DNA from: a virus
DNA length: 50,855 bases
Virus record (IMG/VR): IMGVR_UViG_3300033417_000013
Coordinates: 1 to 50,855 of that record
Direction: 5' to 3' (one strand)
Shown: positions 1 through 9,195 of the stretch, piece after piece
How the letters are laid out: every line of letters starts with the position of its first letter
How positions within the stretch are numbered: the stretch's first letter is position 1
The notes under the pieces: generated by a model
Seen by the model: only the letters and a program-made list of their open reading frames with translations
Databases searched by the model: none
What the model was told of the DNA's origin: nothing
Made by a program: the position numbers and the translations under genes

Positions 1-127
1 GCTACCCTGGAAGATTTCGACCAGTGGCGGACAAGGAACCAACACGCGCTCATAGCACAGGTTCAGGCAATCGACCCATTCCGGCGCAACCTTCGTGCTT
101 TCAGCCATCGTGTAGGCCCACAGTCGT
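1..127. repeat. Terminal overlap, identical to 50729..50855 (circular contig closure)
   Basis: Read directly: bases 1-127 (gctaccctggaag...cccacagtcgt) recur exactly as the last 127 bases. 127 is a common assembler k-mer length. Confidence 0.95.
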
Positions 128-306
128 TTGTGACTGTACGTTTCAGCCCATAACGGATTGCCAGTCAGGATGGCGATGTCACCGCTACCGTCGTCGGTCA
201 CGGTCACGCCGCTGGCTTCGAGGCCGGACTTCAGCCCGCGTTCCATCAAGCCGTAACCCGCCGCACCGTTGTACTCATTGGTGGCAAAGAGTGATATGCT
301 AGGCAC
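1..306 (-). CDS. Glycosyltransferase (GT-B/GT4-like), 5' part of the junction-spanning gene (GTG at 306, continues 50728..50066)
   Basis: The frame of ORF 50066..50836 stays open 66 codons upstream through the junction to GTG 306. A TGA lies 9 codons further up. The GTG overlaps the TAG of gene 299..529. Confidence 0.7.
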   Translation of the reverse strand, partial: MPSISLFATNEYNGAAGYGLMERGLKSGLEASGVTVTDDGSGDIAILTGNPLWAETYSHKRLWAYTMAESTKVAPEWVDCLNLCYERVLVPCPPLVEIFQGS

Positions 307-529
307 TTGGCAACACCCTGAATATGATATTCATAAGCGAACGGAACCATTTCGGTTGTCCGGCTACCAAATCATGCTTGAACTGTTCAATCGCAAGGTG
401 TGCATTCCATCGTGCGTACAAGAATGTCCCGCGCAGCATATCACGATCTTCGTCGCTCAATGTACACTCCCAATCGCGTTCAACCATTGCAAAAAACTGA
501 TCGTCCGTGACTTTCGAGGCCATGCTCAC
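299..529 (-). CDS. Hypothetical protein (76 aa)
   Basis: ORF between the capsid gene and the GT cassette. GGAG lies 8 nt before ATG 523 (GTG 529 is an alternative). The stop is coupled to the next gene. Confidence 0.55.
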   Translation of the reverse strand: MSMASKVTDDQFFAMVERDWECTLSDEDRDMLRGTFLYARWNAHLAIEQFKHDLVAGQPKWFRSLMNIIFRVLPSA

Positions 530-539
530 ACTCCATAAT

Positions 540-560
540 AGGGGGCAACCTTCACCCCCT
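540..560 (-). terminator. Hairpin after the major capsid gene (possible attenuator or RNA stabiliser)
   Basis: AGGGGG, 9 nt, CCCCCT between the capsid stop (587) and the next start. No long U-run. Confidence 0.3.
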
Positions 561-586
561 TATTATATCACGTTGTGACTCTCAGT

Positions 587-1705
587 CTAGCTGATGGTCG
601 GGTTCGTCCAGGACGAATTCTGTTTCCCGGCCACGCCGTTGGTGCGATCTTCACCCACGCCGACGCCAAACTCAAATTCGACATTCAGGCGGTTGATGGG
701 ATAGCGGGTTTCATCGGAAGCCGAAACTACGATGAACAGCCCGAAGCCCTGATCGGGGTGAACACGCACGGCCAGCGAGTTACGCGGGTCGTTGTTGCCA
801 TACGACTTGTACATCCACGCATAGTCGGTGGGGATACGGGCGCTGCTGTACAGGTTAATCAGTCCATAATCGGACTGAAAGCCGCCAAACAGTTCACCCA
901 TCGCCACCATCGGCGTGCCGGTATTGAAGAAACGCGGCCCGGTGGTTTCGCTGCCCCGGTCAATGATCTGCACCGTCGGCGCAACCATCTTGATAAAGTC
1001 ATCTTCCGCCGCATAGCTGGCGACATCCGCCCGGCTCACCGTGCAGTCAAACGGCGCAGTATGTCCATGCTCTTGCAGGGTTTCTGCCATCGCGTTCAAC
1101 AGTTCAGCATAGCCGGTGTTGTTGAAGATGAAGTGATCGTGACTGGATGCGAATGCTTCACCGCCAAACGCGGGCGGGGTGAAGTCCACATTGCCGCCGG
1201 TTCCGCGCACGAATGGCACATTGTAGCCGCCTGAACCAATCGCAAATTCCGTATTGGTCAGGGCGCGGGTCAGCAAGCCTTTTTCAAAACGCCATTCGGC
1301 CTGCCGGGTGAAGGTCTGGATGGTGCTGCGCAACTGCGGCGCACGCGCATCCCGGAAAAACCGCCATGAGCCACCCAGCGCCCGCCCATAGGCGTTGAGT
1401 TCAATCATGTGGCCAATGGTCTGACCATGCACGATGTCCGGGCGGTCAATGTCGGTAATCGGGGGCATCTCGGTAACGCTGCCACCATCGGGGTACTCGA
1501 AGTGATCCATCTCGGTGATGGATAGCACACCACCCCAACGGCGCATCATTTCCTGATTGAAGTCACCAATGGCGGTTCCGACCAGTGCGATGAACTGTCC
1601 GAAGTTCGTGCCATCGCGCATCTGCCATTCGGCAATTTTTGTGCCATCAACGCCTGTCGGGAGCGCCTGCTGCACCACTTGCATGGGGCCTAATACTTCA
1701 GCCAT
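587..1705 (-). CDS. Major capsid protein (inferred)
   Basis: 372 aa, last gene of the head module directly after the scaffold/protease and decoration-like genes. Call is by synteny only. Confidence 0.75.
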   Translation of the reverse strand: MAEVLGPMQVVQQALPTGVDGTKIAEWQMRDGTNFGQFIALVGTAIGDFNQEMMRRWGGVLSITEMDHFEYPDGGSVTEMPPITDIDRPDIVHGQTIGHMIELNAYGRALGGSWRFFRDARAPQLRSTIQTFTRQAEWRFEKGLLTRALTNTEFAIGSGGYNVPFVRGTGGNVDFTPPAFGGEAFASSHDHFIFNNTGYAELLNAMAETLQEHGHTAPFDCTVSRADVASYAAEDDFIKMVAPTVQIIDRGSETTGPRFFNTGTPMVAMGELFGGFQSDYGLINLYSSARIPTDYAWMYKSYGNNDPRNSLAVRVHPDQGFGLFIVVSASDETRYPINRLNVEFEFGVGVGEDRTNGVAGKQNSSWTNPTIS

Positions 1706-1718
1706 GTCTCACGCTCCT

Positions 1719-2138
1719 TTAGCTATTGCTACTGGCATCTTCAATGTTGGGGTTGACGAACAGAACGCTCGCCGACTCAGCATATCCGATTGGCTTTGTC
1801 CAGGTTGCACTGCCGGTGGGGGCGGTTTCCACAATTGCGCCCGCTGTCTCCCCGACATATTGTTTCGCCCCAGGGGTCAGGCTTGAAAAGCCCCCCACAG
1901 GCCCGTATACACACACGGTCACGGCATCGCCATCTGCGGCGGTGGTTTCACCCGCATCGCCTACTGCCACAATCACACCGATAGCCTCACTGGTGACGGC
2001 GACATTAGCATCGGTCAGTTCGACATCGCCATCGCTGGCGTTATACACCGACTGCCCCATTGCTACCGTACCCCCGGCCAGATACTGCCGTTTGATTGCG
2101 CCCTCAAGAGCGCGAACATTTGCTGCGGTAACGGCCAT
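1719..2138 (-). CDS. Head decoration / DUF2190-like protein (inferred)
   Basis: 139 aa, Gly/Ala/Val-rich, between the scaffold and capsid genes, which is the usual DUF2190 position. Confidence 0.45.
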   Translation of the reverse strand: MAVTAANVRALEGAIKRQYLAGGTVAMGQSVYNASDGDVELTDANVAVTSEAIGVIVAVGDAGETTAADGDAVTVCVYGPVGGFSSLTPGAKQYVGETAGAIVETAPTGSATWTKPIGYAESASVLFVNPNIEDASSNS

Positions 2139-3253
2139 TAGCTATTCCCTCCAATGCCCAGATAATTGCGGGCGGCGGCGCGACCTTCGGGGCTGTCATC
2201 AACTTTCAGACCATCACCGTCTGCCTGAAACTCCCGCACAAAAGCGTTAGGGCCGCGCTGCTCACGAACCAGGGACTTGGCAAGGCTCTTGAAGTTGTCT
2301 TTGGCAAGCAACCCCGTGACCCGTGCTTTGGCTTCATCGACAGACCCGACCAGCGCCCGTTCTGCGCCGTCGTCGGTTTCTTCGATCAGATATTCGCTGA
2401 TGAATGGCTGCAACTCTTTGAGTTCCACCATTTCAGCGATCACCGCTTTCACGTCTGTGACCAGATTGCGGGCGCGGGTGGCCGCCAGTTCAGCGACCAG
2501 CACCTTTGCATCAGCCAGCGGATTGTCCGTATCCAGCGACAATTCACTAACCAGCGCCTGCAACGTGGTTTGGGACGTTTCGAGTTCAGCGATGGTGCTT
2601 TCATGCGCCTTGATGGTGTCCTGCAATTCGCTGACCAATTCGCGTTGTGCGTCCCGGTCTGTCCGCAGTTCGGCCACCAGCGCGTCGTTCGTGTTCTCGC
2701 TCACGTCTGTGTCCTCGTTTGCTATTTCGGATGTGATTTTCGGGATAGCCGCGCTATCCTCAAGTGATACCCTGTCGGAATGCCCGATGTCTAAATCTTC
2801 GAGGTTCATATCCTCAAGTCCCTGCTTACCGCGCAAGCCATAGACTGAGGTTCCAACACGGGCATTGGTGCGCTTGGCATCCCGGAAATACTCACGAACC
2901 GCGTCCGCATACTTGGGGATGTACGCTTTTGCGTAGGCTGTGCCATCATCCGCGATCATGGCTCCCACCCAACGCAATGAAGGCAGGTCATACCGCGTAG
3001 ACCGGTCTTCAGGTTTAATGTGTCCCAGATTGCCCTCAACGCGCTTGGTGTTAATCTGGCTAACCACCCGTTCCACCGCCGCGCGGTTCCATGTCAGACC
3101 GTTGCGTGAGGTTGCCCCGACTCGCAGTATGGGCAGTGTCACAAACATGTCTTCTTTAGGGTTGAATTGGCCGGCCTCGACACCGGGCGCGAAAGGCACA
3201 TCCGGGTAGTCACCCTTAAACTCAGTGACTAAGCTGTACAGCAGTTCACTCAT
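2138..3253 (-). CDS. Prohead protease-scaffold fusion (inferred)
   Basis: The N-terminal ~150 aa show an S78-like pattern (GNLGH ... WVGAMIADDG ... VGTSVYG). The C-terminal ~200 aa form an acidic coiled coil. Confidence 0.5.
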   Translation of the reverse strand: MSELLYSLVTEFKGDYPDVPFAPGVEAGQFNPKEDMFVTLPILRVGATSRNGLTWNRAAVERVVSQINTKRVEGNLGHIKPEDRSTRYDLPSLRWVGAMIADDGTAYAKAYIPKYADAVREYFRDAKRTNARVGTSVYGLRGKQGLEDMNLEDLDIGHSDRVSLEDSAAIPKITSEIANEDTDVSENTNDALVAELRTDRDAQRELVSELQDTIKAHESTIAELETSQTTLQALVSELSLDTDNPLADAKVLVAELAATRARNLVTDVKAVIAEMVELKELQPFISEYLIEETDDGAERALVGSVDEAKARVTGLLAKDNFKSLAKSLVREQRGPNAFVREFQADGDGLKVDDSPEGRAAARNYLGIGGNS

Positions 3254-3265
3254 GGTAAACTCTCC

Positions 3266-3294
3266 AAATAAAAAAGCGCCCGGTTGGACGCTTT
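3266..3294 (-). terminator. Intrinsic terminator-like hairpin upstream of the scaffold gene
   Basis: Minus strand: AAGCGTCCAACCGGGCGCTT followed by TTTTTTATTT, then GGAGAG and ATG 3253. Confidence 0.5.
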
Positions 3295-3313
3295 CGGATT
3301 GGCTGGTAGAAAG

Positions 3314-4321
3314 TTAATTCCGCGTTAGATCAACATCCAGCAGTGCCAGCGCCCCCAGCAGCAGGAATAAGAAGCTGCGTTCACTGGCAGGTGTGGCATA
3401 CGGCGGCGGTTCGTTGGCCGCGATCATCGCCCGTAGTTCCTCAGTGACTTCCGCCGTAGGCCGGGTGTTGCTTCGTAAATGACAAAGATCATGCGGATGT
3501 GCCGGATAGCTTGGCACACTATCCAACGCATACGGACTACCCGCCGCCAGATCATCGCAGATGTCAATCTCAGGATGCGACGGCGACAACACCCAATCAA
3601 TCGTCTCCACATATGGGTTGGCTTTGGCGCTGACGATCATCGCCCGCCCATGCGCGGCGGTAATCTCGGTACGGGCCAGACGGCGCGCATCGTAGCTGCC
3701 ATCGTTTCCATACGGGGTGCGGGTTCGTATCTTCGCCCGGCCTGGAACCATAAACTGCTCCAACCGCTTGGCGATATTTACTGCACTGTCGCCCCGGCGG
3801 ATACCTTCTGCCAATAGTTGATCCACCTGCACCCTGGCTCGCACATTCACCTGCCAGATGCGATCACTCAAGATATAACCGTTGGGATCAACGAAGGTAT
3901 GCGCCGTGTCGTAATCCGCCAGCGGGTTGGGGTGGAATTGTTCGCTCACCATGCCCTGCCCCGACAGCAGCCAACGGTACACATCCTCCGGCACATTGCG
4001 TTGCAGCCAGACATGATGGCTATGTACCACCGCGCGGGTCACGCTGGCAATCCCGGCGTTCAGCAACCGCGCATAGGGTGACAGTGCCGTGACACCATCC
4101 TGTGCGAAGGCATTACGTCCAACGACGTACTCAGCGCTGATCATGCGCCCAATGCGTTCCTGCACAGGGGTCAGGTTGTCAGCGGGGATTGTGCCATCTA
4201 GCCTTGCCGCCGACAACAGCACCATGCGGGCTTGCTGGGCGGTGGCGGTACGCAGGGCGCGAAAGTCACGCTTGAACGCCCGTTGAGCAGCGGCTAAAGC
4301 GCGGGGGGCCTGGATGGGCAT
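3314..4321 (-). CDS. Head morphogenesis protein, Mu F / SPP1 gp7-like
   Basis: Motifs RLARTEITAAHGRA, DICDDL and YPAHPHDLCHL. TAATG overlap with the portal stop. Confidence 0.85.
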   Translation of the reverse strand: MPIQAPRALAAAQRAFKRDFRALRTATAQQARMVLLSAARLDGTIPADNLTPVQERIGRMISAEYVVGRNAFAQDGVTALSPYARLLNAGIASVTRAVVHSHHVWLQRNVPEDVYRWLLSGQGMVSEQFHPNPLADYDTAHTFVDPNGYILSDRIWQVNVRARVQVDQLLAEGIRRGDSAVNIAKRLEQFMVPGRAKIRTRTPYGNDGSYDARRLARTEITAAHGRAMIVSAKANPYVETIDWVLSPSHPEIDICDDLAAGSPYALDSVPSYPAHPHDLCHLRSNTRPTAEVTEELRAMIAANEPPPYATPASERSFLFLLLGALALLDVDLTRN

Positions 4322-5805
4322 TAGGCCGCATTCGGCACAGGTTCATCGTCACCCGTGTCCGGTTGCGCTTCCAACCGTTGCAGCGTCATCTCTAGCTGCT
4401 TTTCCTGTTCATCGTCGGCTTCCTCTTGCGCCGCTGCGACCTCCGCCGCCGGGTCTTCGATACCCAAGTCCAGCACCCGCAGTTCAGTCTCACGGGTCAG
4501 TAGGTTATCCAGTGAGGCTTGCGCGACCTTCTTGACCAGGATTTCATCGTCGCTTGGTGTGACTTCCGGCCATGTCAGTGTCATATCCTCGACCACCGGC
4601 AGGAACTCAAACAATGCGACACTCGCATACCACACTTGGAACAGATCACGCAGTGGCCCAGCCAGCGCCTTGCGCCAGCGGTCAATCAGGCGCACAAACG
4701 CCGGTAGCTGCGCTTCGAATGAGGCCATGCTGCTGGCAATCGCCCCGCCCCACACGCCTTCCGGGATGCCGGTATGTTCCAGCATCAAGTAGAACAGCGT
4801 CTTGAGCATGGCCTTGCTATCAGCAGCGAATGGCCCCGGCGCGGCAAACTCAAAGGTTGCTGGGGCTTTCAGCCAGAGCATGGTCAGTTCGGCAAAGTCT
4901 ACCACCGTTTCGGTTTGCGGGTTGCCTTCTTTGTCGGTGTAGTTGTCAGTGCGGGTGGCATTGACGCGACGATCATTCTCCGGGTTGTCGCTGGTGGAGA
5001 CCGGAATCGGCCTGCCCATAACCTCAACGCCATCCAGCGATTTATTCAGCAGGTCATCGTAACGGATGAACAAATGCAGCAAGCCCTCATACACCGGATG
5101 ACCGTGTGTCTCGTTGGCCTCCCGTTCGTTGTGATAGGGTACAACCGGCATTAAGCCGGTGGGGTTGGCGAATTCAAATATCTGGTCAGGTCGGGAAGCG
5201 CGTAAGGCATCCCCCATCTTAATAATCACCGTGCGGCCATCGGTGCGATATTCATCTACAATCGTCACCGTTTCCAGCTTGGTCGTGATCCTGTAGGCCA
5301 GCACCGTGCTGTAATCGAACGGGTCAGTCACCACTTCCACCGTATCCGGCGGGGCCATGCTCAGGCTGCCATCGGCGTTGACGATCAGGTAGCTATCACC
5401 CAGCGCCAGCCCATCGGTGTACCACGTCAGCAGCGTGTCCAGTTCATCCATGACAAACTGTGACAGGCGTTCGTTGGCGACCTCGTTGGTGGTATCAACA
5501 TCTACGCCACTGCCCAACACCCAGCTCGCCAGGATATTGAGGATGGGACGGGCGAATGCGCCGCCGAGTTCCGTCCCATCCTCTTTGCCCCGGCGGAAGC
5601 GCGACCACCAGGCGTAATCGACCTGGGTGCGGTCTACAGTGGTGCGATACGGGATATGGCGCGTGTAGGGTGACGTGGTGCGACCCACGATCTCGGAGAC
5701 CACCGCGCCTTCTTTGTGGCGACCATTCGTGCCATTGGCGATCACGGTATCCACTTCCACCACCGCTTCAGCAACGCTTGCCGGTGCTTGCTTTGCTTTC
5801 GTCAT
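4321..5805 (-). CDS. Portal protein
   Basis: 494 aa between terL and the Mu F-like gene. The start shares 1 nt with the terL stop. Confidence 0.85.
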   Translation of the reverse strand: MTKAKQAPASVAEAVVEVDTVIANGTNGRHKEGAVVSEIVGRTTSPYTRHIPYRTTVDRTQVDYAWWSRFRRGKEDGTELGGAFARPILNILASWVLGSGVDVDTTNEVANERLSQFVMDELDTLLTWYTDGLALGDSYLIVNADGSLSMAPPDTVEVVTDPFDYSTVLAYRITTKLETVTIVDEYRTDGRTVIIKMGDALRASRPDQIFEFANPTGLMPVVPYHNEREANETHGHPVYEGLLHLFIRYDDLLNKSLDGVEVMGRPIPVSTSDNPENDRRVNATRTDNYTDKEGNPQTETVVDFAELTMLWLKAPATFEFAAPGPFAADSKAMLKTLFYLMLEHTGIPEGVWGGAIASSMASFEAQLPAFVRLIDRWRKALAGPLRDLFQVWYASVALFEFLPVVEDMTLTWPEVTPSDDEILVKKVAQASLDNLLTRETELRVLDLGIEDPAAEVAAAQEEADDEQEKQLEMTLQRLEAQPDTGDDEPVPNAA

Positions 5806-7400
5806 CAGCTTAGTGGCCCCCGTCGCTTGGGTCGTGAGGGTGTCCGGTACAGGCCGGGTGCTGATGTTTTGGTCACGCCTGTCAATTGGTAGCGCAGCAT
5901 CGCATAGCGGGCTAATAACCGGGCAATCACCGTATCGTCCTGCGCTTCATCATCACTACCGCCTTTACCTTCCGCGCCATACGTCCACAGATTGGTCGCT
6001 GTTTGTTTCTTGACGAAGATATTCATTTCATGTTTCGCGTAACTGACATCCAGCAACCGCATTCCCAACTGCTGATAGGCTTCCTTGAAGCTGGTCACAA
6101 GGTTGTGCTTTTCAGGTAGGGTCATCGTAAATGGTTCCACAGTCGTCTTCAGGCTTGCGGTACTAAGTTCTCGGATCAGGGATTCAACATTATCCGACAT
6201 TGAATTCTTTTCCGGCACAATGAAGCCCACCTGCCAGAACTGGCAAGCCTTAATCACTTCCGCCCGGATGCTTTCGTACAGCATATGCCGCCAGCGATCC
6301 AGGTAGACTTCCTCAAAAGTGTCCGGGTCGAAGATGCACAGCGACGTGTAGTTTTCATCCTGCCCCCAATCCAGTCCGGCGACATACACCCGGTTTGGCT
6401 TCGGCTTATCCTGATACGGCCCACCCATCACCAGATGCACATTCGGAAACGCACTGTTACCGGAAGTCAGAAAGCAGGTCTCAACATCTTCGGGGTATTC
6501 CTGCGTGAACAGCACGTCCATTTCCGGCTCGCGCATCTTACGCCGTCGCCACTTGATTTGCGCCGGGGTCAGATTGTGCTTTTCAACCAGCGCCGCTTCT
6601 TCATCGGTGTAGGCCAGCGTTTCGCCCGGTTCCAGCGCAGCCTGGTATTCGTCAAACATAAACCAGGGGTAGAAGTGCAGCGCGAAATCGCTCTCGCCCG
6701 CCAGCACTTTTTGCACTTCCTCATAGAACATGCCCTGAGCGCCGTTGGGGGTGCTTTCCAGAAACACCCACGCATCCGGCGAAACGGCCTGCAATGCGCC
6801 CGACATGATACTTCTGGCATCCGTCCAAAAGGCGACTTCAGACGCATGGATACCACCGCCGAACGTACCGCCGCGCCCACCAACCTTTGACCCGGCAGTC
6901 TTGATGGTGGTGCGACTGCCATTATCATAGGTGGTCTGACCGTAATTGTTATATTCGCGCTGGACACCCAACGGCCTCGGCAACTCATCGTAGAAAATGC
7001 GGGCCATTTCGCGTAGAAACTGCGTGGTAGTCTCATCATGCGCCATTGACATGAAACGCGAGGCTTGACGCATCGACTGCCAGAAGTTGAACGCCTGAAT
7101 GACGGTGGTGAAGCCGAAACGCCGCGCCTTAAGAATCAGGTGCTTGGTGTTGCCGGATGCGATCACCGTCTCGTAAAAATGGCGCTGCACATTGTTCAGG
7201 ATAAACGGCACAAACTGGTCGTACTTATCTTGAATGACCAGATACTGCTCGCAGAAGTCGGGGAAATCGAGGTCTTGCCACCCCACCCCACCGCCGGGGC
7301 CGGTGCTAGTCTGCGTCGTTAAGCTGGTGCTGACGTACTGTACCAGTGTATCGAATGAAGTCTGCTTGGATTGCGGTAAGAGCGTCTCGGTCACTGACAT
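5805..7400 (-). CDS. terL: Terminase large subunit
   Basis: ATPase motif HLILKARRFGFTTV, C-terminal nuclease-like VYVAGLDWGQDE, 531-535 aa. GTG 7412 is an alternative start. Confidence 0.9.
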   Translation of the reverse strand: MSVTETLLPQSKQTSFDTLVQYVSTSLTTQTSTGPGGGVGWQDLDFPDFCEQYLVIQDKYDQFVPFILNNVQRHFYETVIASGNTKHLILKARRFGFTTVIQAFNFWQSMRQASRFMSMAHDETTTQFLREMARIFYDELPRPLGVQREYNNYGQTTYDNGSRTTIKTAGSKVGGRGGTFGGGIHASEVAFWTDARSIMSGALQAVSPDAWVFLESTPNGAQGMFYEEVQKVLAGESDFALHFYPWFMFDEYQAALEPGETLAYTDEEAALVEKHNLTPAQIKWRRRKMREPEMDVLFTQEYPEDVETCFLTSGNSAFPNVHLVMGGPYQDKPKPNRVYVAGLDWGQDENYTSLCIFDPDTFEEVYLDRWRHMLYESIRAEVIKACQFWQVGFIVPEKNSMSDNVESLIRELSTASLKTTVEPFTMTLPEKHNLVTSFKEAYQQLGMRLLDVSYAKHEMNIFVKKQTATNLWTYGAEGKGGSDDEAQDDTVIARLLARYAMLRYQLTGVTKTSAPGLYRTPSRPKRRGPLS

Positions 7401-7947
7401 TTTGCCGTACACTTTCCAACAAGGCGGCCATCAACAACATTGCCTGATCCACCGGGATCATCTGTTCCATCTCAATGCGCCGCTTGCGCTCATCAACGAC
7501 CAACTTACGCCGCTGTTCCATCGCTTTGTGCAGCGTGTCCCATTTGCTCACATAGGACGCGCCCGCTTCGATTGTCTCGAAGATGTAGATCAGCAGTTCC
7601 GGCTTTTCGTCTTTGGGCGCTTTCTTGTATTCAACGATCTGCGCTTGCAACTGTTCCCATAATTCGGGGCTGCTGTAATCGCCAAGCGATTCGATTAACT
7701 GTGCGGCGTAGGTATCCACCAACGCGATCTGATTATCCAGCGCCAGTTTGTCGGTATCGGCTGCGAAATCGTTATAGGTATCGAGCAAGCCAACCGGGAT
7801 GTATTTACTGTACCCCTTGCCTTGATAGTTCGGGGCTGCAATGCCCTTGAGGGACTTACCGCCGTGAATATGGCATACCTCACCACCATGCACCGCGTCT
7901 TTTTTACAGCGTTCACCGCTGCGTTTGGACTTTGCTTTACACTGCAT
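7306..7947 (-). CDS. terS: Terminase small subunit (putative)
   Basis: N-terminal Cys/His motif CKAKSKRSGERCKKDAVHGGEVCHIHGG plus a helical C-terminus, immediately upstream of terL. Confidence 0.6.
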   Translation of the reverse strand: MQCKAKSKRSGERCKKDAVHGGEVCHIHGGKSLKGIAAPNYQGKGYSKYIPVGLLDTYNDFAADTDKLALDNQIALVDTYAAQLIESLGDYSSPELWEQLQAQIVEYKKAPKDEKPELLIYIFETIEAGASYVSKWDTLHKAMEQRRKLVVDERKRRIEMEQMIPVDQAMLLMAALLESVRQNVSDRDALTAIQADFIRYTGTVRQHQLNDAD

Positions 7948-7981
7948 CGTTATCCATGAGGTGGTTGAACATCCATGAAGC

Positions 7982-8035
7982 CCCGGCCCGGTTGTTTTGG
8001 GAAGCCTGCTACTCAGTCGAATAGTCCGGGCCGGG
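7982..8035. promoter_or_regulatory. 10-bp inverted repeat in the leader upstream of terS
   Basis: CCCGGCCCGG (7982-7991) and CCGGGCCGGG (8026-8035) flank a 34-nt spacer in the terS upstream gap. Confidence 0.35.
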
Positions 8036-8168
8036 ATGCAAACCGGCGCTGCAACGGCTTGCCGTGAAGCTTGCCAACACGGTTCGAATGCGCCGGGGGT
8101 TGCTTATCACTATCGCCCTGCTCAATATAATGGCATTCAGCCCTATCGAGCGTTTATTTACCGAGCGT

Positions 8169-8192
8169 GAATCAAAAACGCCCCACAGGGGC
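8169..8192 (-). terminator. Intrinsic terminator (GAATCAAAAAC-hairpin element, copy 1)
   Basis: Minus strand: GCCCCTGTGGGGC followed by GTTTTTGATTC, after gene 8286..8612. Confidence 0.7.
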
Positions 8193-8285
8193 GCTTCGCA
8201 GCCGCGCGATGGCGGCATTTACTCTCCTGAAGTCTAACATGGTTAACCATTGTCTGTCAATACTTACATCACGCCAAATTAACGC

Positions 8286-8612
8286 TTACGCAACCATCCG
8301 GTTCATCTGCGCCACTTCCCGGCGACACTCCCGACACCAGGATTGCAAGCCATTGCGCTTGCGTTTATCGGGACTGAAGGCTTCACGCTTCTGGGGTATA
8401 TCGCAGCGGGTACATGTCACCTTGTATTGAAACACCCCTACCTCATCATAGTAGAACGGGCGCGGCTCCATGCGGATGGGCTGGCGTGGTGCGCGGCGTG
8501 GGTACAGCACTTCGAATTCGACAGAACGGTATGCGCCCATCTTCTGGGTTCCGAGCGCCCCGCTGTGGTTGCCAATGCCATACTTGATCGGGATGTAGGT
8601 CGGGGTTGCCAA
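8286..8612 (-). CDS. Zn-finger protein sharing the CxxC...CxxC module of the nuclease cassettes
   Basis: TTG start preceded by AGGAGG. C-terminus CTRCDIPQKREAFSPDKRKRNGLQSWCRECRRE. Confidence 0.6.
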   Translation of the reverse strand: MATPTYIPIKYGIGNHSGALGTQKMGAYRSVEFEVLYPRRAPRQPIRMEPRPFYYDEVGVFQYKVTCTRCDIPQKREAFSPDKRKRNGLQSWCRECRREVAQMNRMVA

Positions 8613-8697
8613 TGCGCCTCCTGAATAGCTGCCATGCCATTAGTGTACATTGTACACTAATCCTGTGAGTCTTGGCAACAGGGGAGCATTAAACATG

Positions 8698-9195
8698 TTA
8701 AATCACCCACTCGAAGAAATGTTCAATACGGCAAGATATAACCTCGGCTTGCTCATCGCCATATTTCTTCTTAAGCCAAACATCAGGAAGTTTTGACCCT
8801 TTTGATGTGTTACAGTAGGAGCATAAAGGAAGGATATTTGTACACTTATGTCCAACTGGATCAACCTTTAATGGAATCCAATGGTCGGCCTGTAACTTTC
8901 CGTCTACAGTCCTCTTCTTGCATACAGCGCATTGACCATTGAAGTAAAAATAAGCCAACATCCAATCAGTAGCTAAATAGTCATCACATAAGCGTCTGGT
9001 GGATATGGTTCTCTTACTACGTTTTAAGCGATTACATTCCTTGCATGGTGAGGTTAAATAAGAGCGCTTTAACTTCCTTTTGCCACCTTTTACATGATAC
9101 ACATTTTGACGAATAAAGTAATCATCTGTACTCGGCAAAAGCGTCTTGCACATCAAGCATTGTTTCATTTCGTGATTTTGGATAGAATCATTCAT
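8698..9195 (-). CDS. HNH homing endonuclease (copy B)
   Basis: CAVCKKR...LQADHWIPL...NILPLCSYCNTSKG. N-terminal CLMCK...CKECN zinc module. AT-rich relative to neighbours. Confidence 0.85.
   Translation of the reverse strand: MNDSIQNHEMKQCLMCKTLLPSTDDYFIRQNVYHVKGGKRKLKRSYLTSPCKECNRLKRSKRTISTRRLCDDYLATDWMLAYFYFNGQCAVCKKRTVDGKLQADHWIPLKVDPVGHKCTNILPLCSYCNTSKGSKLPDVWLKKKYGDEQAEVISCRIEHFFEWVI

Noticed and set aside
1-127. 127-bp repeat as a biological direct terminal repeat
   Set aside because: The exact length of 127, the location at the contig ends and a gene reading seamlessly across it all fit an assembler overlap of a circular or circularly permuted genome. Only read-end analysis can exclude a short DTR.
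575-1234. 219-aa plus-strand ORF
   Set aside because: It is antisense to the major capsid gene, has Arg/His/Gly-rich low-quality composition, and breaks the minus-strand operon.
8081-8089. GGTTCGAAT string resembling a tRNA T-loop
   Set aside because: The flanking sequence cannot form a T-stem or acceptor stem. I recognised no cloverleaf anywhere in the window, though a tRNAscan run would be needed to exclude tRNAs formally.
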